DNA of 64,000 bases, taken from an uncultured Calditrichaceae bacterium (GTDB taxonomy: Bacteria > Calditrichota > Calditrichia > RBG-13-44-9). Positions 62,343 through 64,000 of the stretch are shown piece after piece (position 1 is the stretch's first letter; each line of letters starts with the position of its first letter). Location of the stretch: positions 355 through 64,354 of the forward strand of contig CAYLYM010000006.1 in NCBI GenBank assembly GCA_964387645.1. The letters run 5' to 3'. The notes beneath the pieces were generated by a model. It had not been told where the DNA came from and made no database searches. It saw only the letters and a list, made by a program, of their open reading frames with translations. The translations under genes were made by a program, and so were the position numbers.

Positions 62343-63680
62343 TTATTGGCGGTTTGTAATATTTTTATCAGTGCTTTCCAAAAGATTGCTTATTGGAACA
62401 AGACGATAACCTTTTTCTTTTATAAATTGAATGAGTTCTGGTAAGGCCATAAACAGATGATCGTGATTTCGATTGGAACCCAGGTGCATGAGAATGATTA
62501 CACCTTTTAATCCATTTGCATTGTCTTTTTCTAGTTTCTGGAAATGTTGTAATAAATCTTCTGGTTTAAGATAAAGCCTGGATGATTCATCTGTTACCCA
62601 GTCGAATGTATCGAAGCCATTAGTCCAGCGTATATGTAGAAAACCTGCTTCCGCCGCCCAGGACAAAATTTGCCGGTTATATTCACCATAAGGAGCACGC
62701 CAAAATGGTATTAAATGTTTATTTGTTATCTGAAAAAAAATACTATCAGTTTTCAGGAGTTCTTTTATTACAAATTTTCTATCAACATAATCTGCTGTGT
62801 TCTGTCGACGATTTTGCGTGTAAGTAGTGAGATGAGGATGGCTATAAGTGTGGTTGGCTATTTCATGACCATCCTGAAGCATTTGTTTTACCAGCTCGGA
62901 GTTTTTTTCCATAAACTTTCCGGTGAGAAATATTGTGCAATGGATTCCTTCGCCTCGCAAAATTTTTAAGATTTCCTTTGTATGGGATGCATCTGAACCG
63001 CCATCAAAGGTAAGGGAAAGGACTTTTTCTTTAGTAGAAACCTGATCAATGGAATGACGCAACGCCTCAACAAGTTTTCGCCGATAATGAACCAGAACCT
63101 CATCTCGATAAATAATTTTCTGTTTTTGATCCAGTATTATTATTTTGAAATGATTTAGCCCATATTCTAAGGGCATTGTTAAGGATAATAAAGTATCCTT
63201 TTTAGCCAGTTGGGAGATTTCTGGTTGTTTATCTCTCCAAATATTTAGAATCCAGCCTTTTTTGAGATGTAAATTTAAATTGTAAAGATTTTGATTTGAG
63301 AAGTGCTTTCTCTTCAATTGTAATTGATTATATTTTGGTTGGATTTCTGATAAATATGTTTTAGGAGAAGAAATAATCACAGTATCTTGAACGATGAACG
63401 GCTGGTGTTCTTCGATTTGGTTCCAGCGATATTGAAAATAGATAAATTGGATAATAATAATGGCAAACAATATAAATTGTGAAATTATCTGAATTTTTGT
63501 TTTTTGTTTCTGAATTTTATTCAAAAACTGCTGCCATTGAAATTTTAAAAAACAAGAGTAGCTGCAAAAATAATGATGCTGTATTGCTTTTCGACAATCC
63601 CGGCAGATGGATTGTTTACATTGATAGCATCGTGAATAAGCAATTCTGTCTGGGTGATTTTTACAAAAGCGAATTTGCAT
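62343..63680 (-). CDS. Polysaccharide deacetylase (NodB homology domain) with N-terminal Cys-rich zinc-ribbon and one TM segment
   Basis: NodB motifs LTFDGG, HEIANHTYSHP. N-terminal C-x11-CxxC-x4-CxxC-x9-C-x3-C followed by the hydrophobic helix IISQFILFAIIIIQFIYF. Confidence 0.8.
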   Translation of the reverse strand: MQIRFCKNHPDRIAYSRCYQCKQSICRDCRKAIQHHYFCSYSCFLKFQWQQFLNKIQKQKTKIQIISQFILFAIIIIQFIYFQYRWNQIEEHQPFIVQDTVIISSPKTYLSEIQPKYNQLQLKRKHFSNQNLYNLNLHLKKGWILNIWRDKQPEISQLAKKDTLLSLTMPLEYGLNHFKIIILDQKQKIIYRDEVLVHYRRKLVEALRHSIDQVSTKEKVLSLTFDGGSDASHTKEILKILRGEGIHCTIFLTGKFMEKNSELVKQMLQDGHEIANHTYSHPHLTTYTQNRRQNTADYVDRKFVIKELLKTDSIFFQITNKHLIPFWRAPYGEYNRQILSWAAEAGFLHIRWTNGFDTFDWVTDESSRLYLKPEDLLQHFQKLEKDNANGLKGVIILMHLGSNRNHDHLFMALPELIQFIKEKGYRLVPISNLLESTDKNITNRQ

Positions 63681-63797
63681 TGTTAAATGTTATAAAATTA
63701 TCCTAATACATTGAAAGTTTAAAGAATTTTTTAGCGATAACAGGTCTCAGATTTTAAGTTCAATTTACATTTTTATCTTAAATCTATATTGTAAGAA

Positions 63798-64000
63798 TTA
63801 TCTCCACCATTCAATCGGCCAATGATATTTTTTGGCAATGGGAATTAATTTTTTAGTTGGATTAACGACTACAGCTTGGCCAAATAATTCCATGTGATCG
63901 GCATCAGAGTGATGGTTGGCAAATACGATTGAATCAGGTAAAGAAATTTTCCAAATGTGGCTAAATTTTTTAATTAAAATGCTCTTACGTTTTCCGTATG
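63798..64000 (-). CDS. Partial CDS (C-terminus only, runs off window end): HAD-IB-like hydrolase
   Basis: Minus-strand translation ...DSIVFANHHSDADHMELFGQAVVVNPTKKLIPIAKKYHWPIEWWR* resembles the HAD-IB motif IV region (DSxxDxxML...NP). Confidence 0.4.
   Translation of the reverse strand, partial: YGKRKSILIKKFSHIWKISLPDSIVFANHHSDADHMELFGQAVVVNPTKKLIPIAKKYHWPIEWWR

Noticed and set aside
1-64000. CRISPR arrays, IS elements, rRNA genes
   Set aside because: No regularly spaced direct repeats, no transposase-like ORFs, and no rRNA-like conserved blocks were seen anywhere in the window.

Overview
This is a 64 kb chromosomal window from an AT-rich, Gram-negative-type bacterium. The split rfaE/hldE heptose genes, TonB/ExbB/ExbD, SPOR, RodZ, MltD and a PorX-like receiver-PglZ regulator point to the FCB superphylum or a related candidate phylum. 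That taxonomic placement is inference. Most of the window is core housekeeping: tsaE-tsaB-rimI, accD, surE-guaA-glmS, tRNA-Leu(CAG), holB, a PSP1/YaaT-family gene, metG, smpB, tyrS, recJ, a rodZ-like gene and the rfaE kinase and adenylyltransferase genes. The most notable system is at 1.8-7.1 kb: a KaiA-less timing or stress module made of kaiC with a C-terminal coiled-coil extension, two tandem kaiB paralogs and a large PAS-PAS-GAF-PAS hybrid histidine kinase, behind a 0.9 kb AT-rich leader. A nikR-controlled Nik/Cbi(M-PDGLE-Q-O) ECF nickel/cobalt importer is also present. Two stretches show gene decay. Just downstream of tRNA-Leu at 25.2-27.0 kb there is a multiply frameshifted MOP/MATE-type flippase pseudogene and a C-terminal remnant of a class-IV aminotransferase, followed by small accessory genes of uncertain role (an NDT-like protein, an orphan REC-like protein, a YqiA-like esterase, csp, and an HDAC plus an unknown partner). 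At 41.7-42.5 kb an enoyl-CoA hydratase pseudogene has no start codon and two in-frame TAG stops. No CRISPR array, integrase, transposase or rRNA gene was seen.
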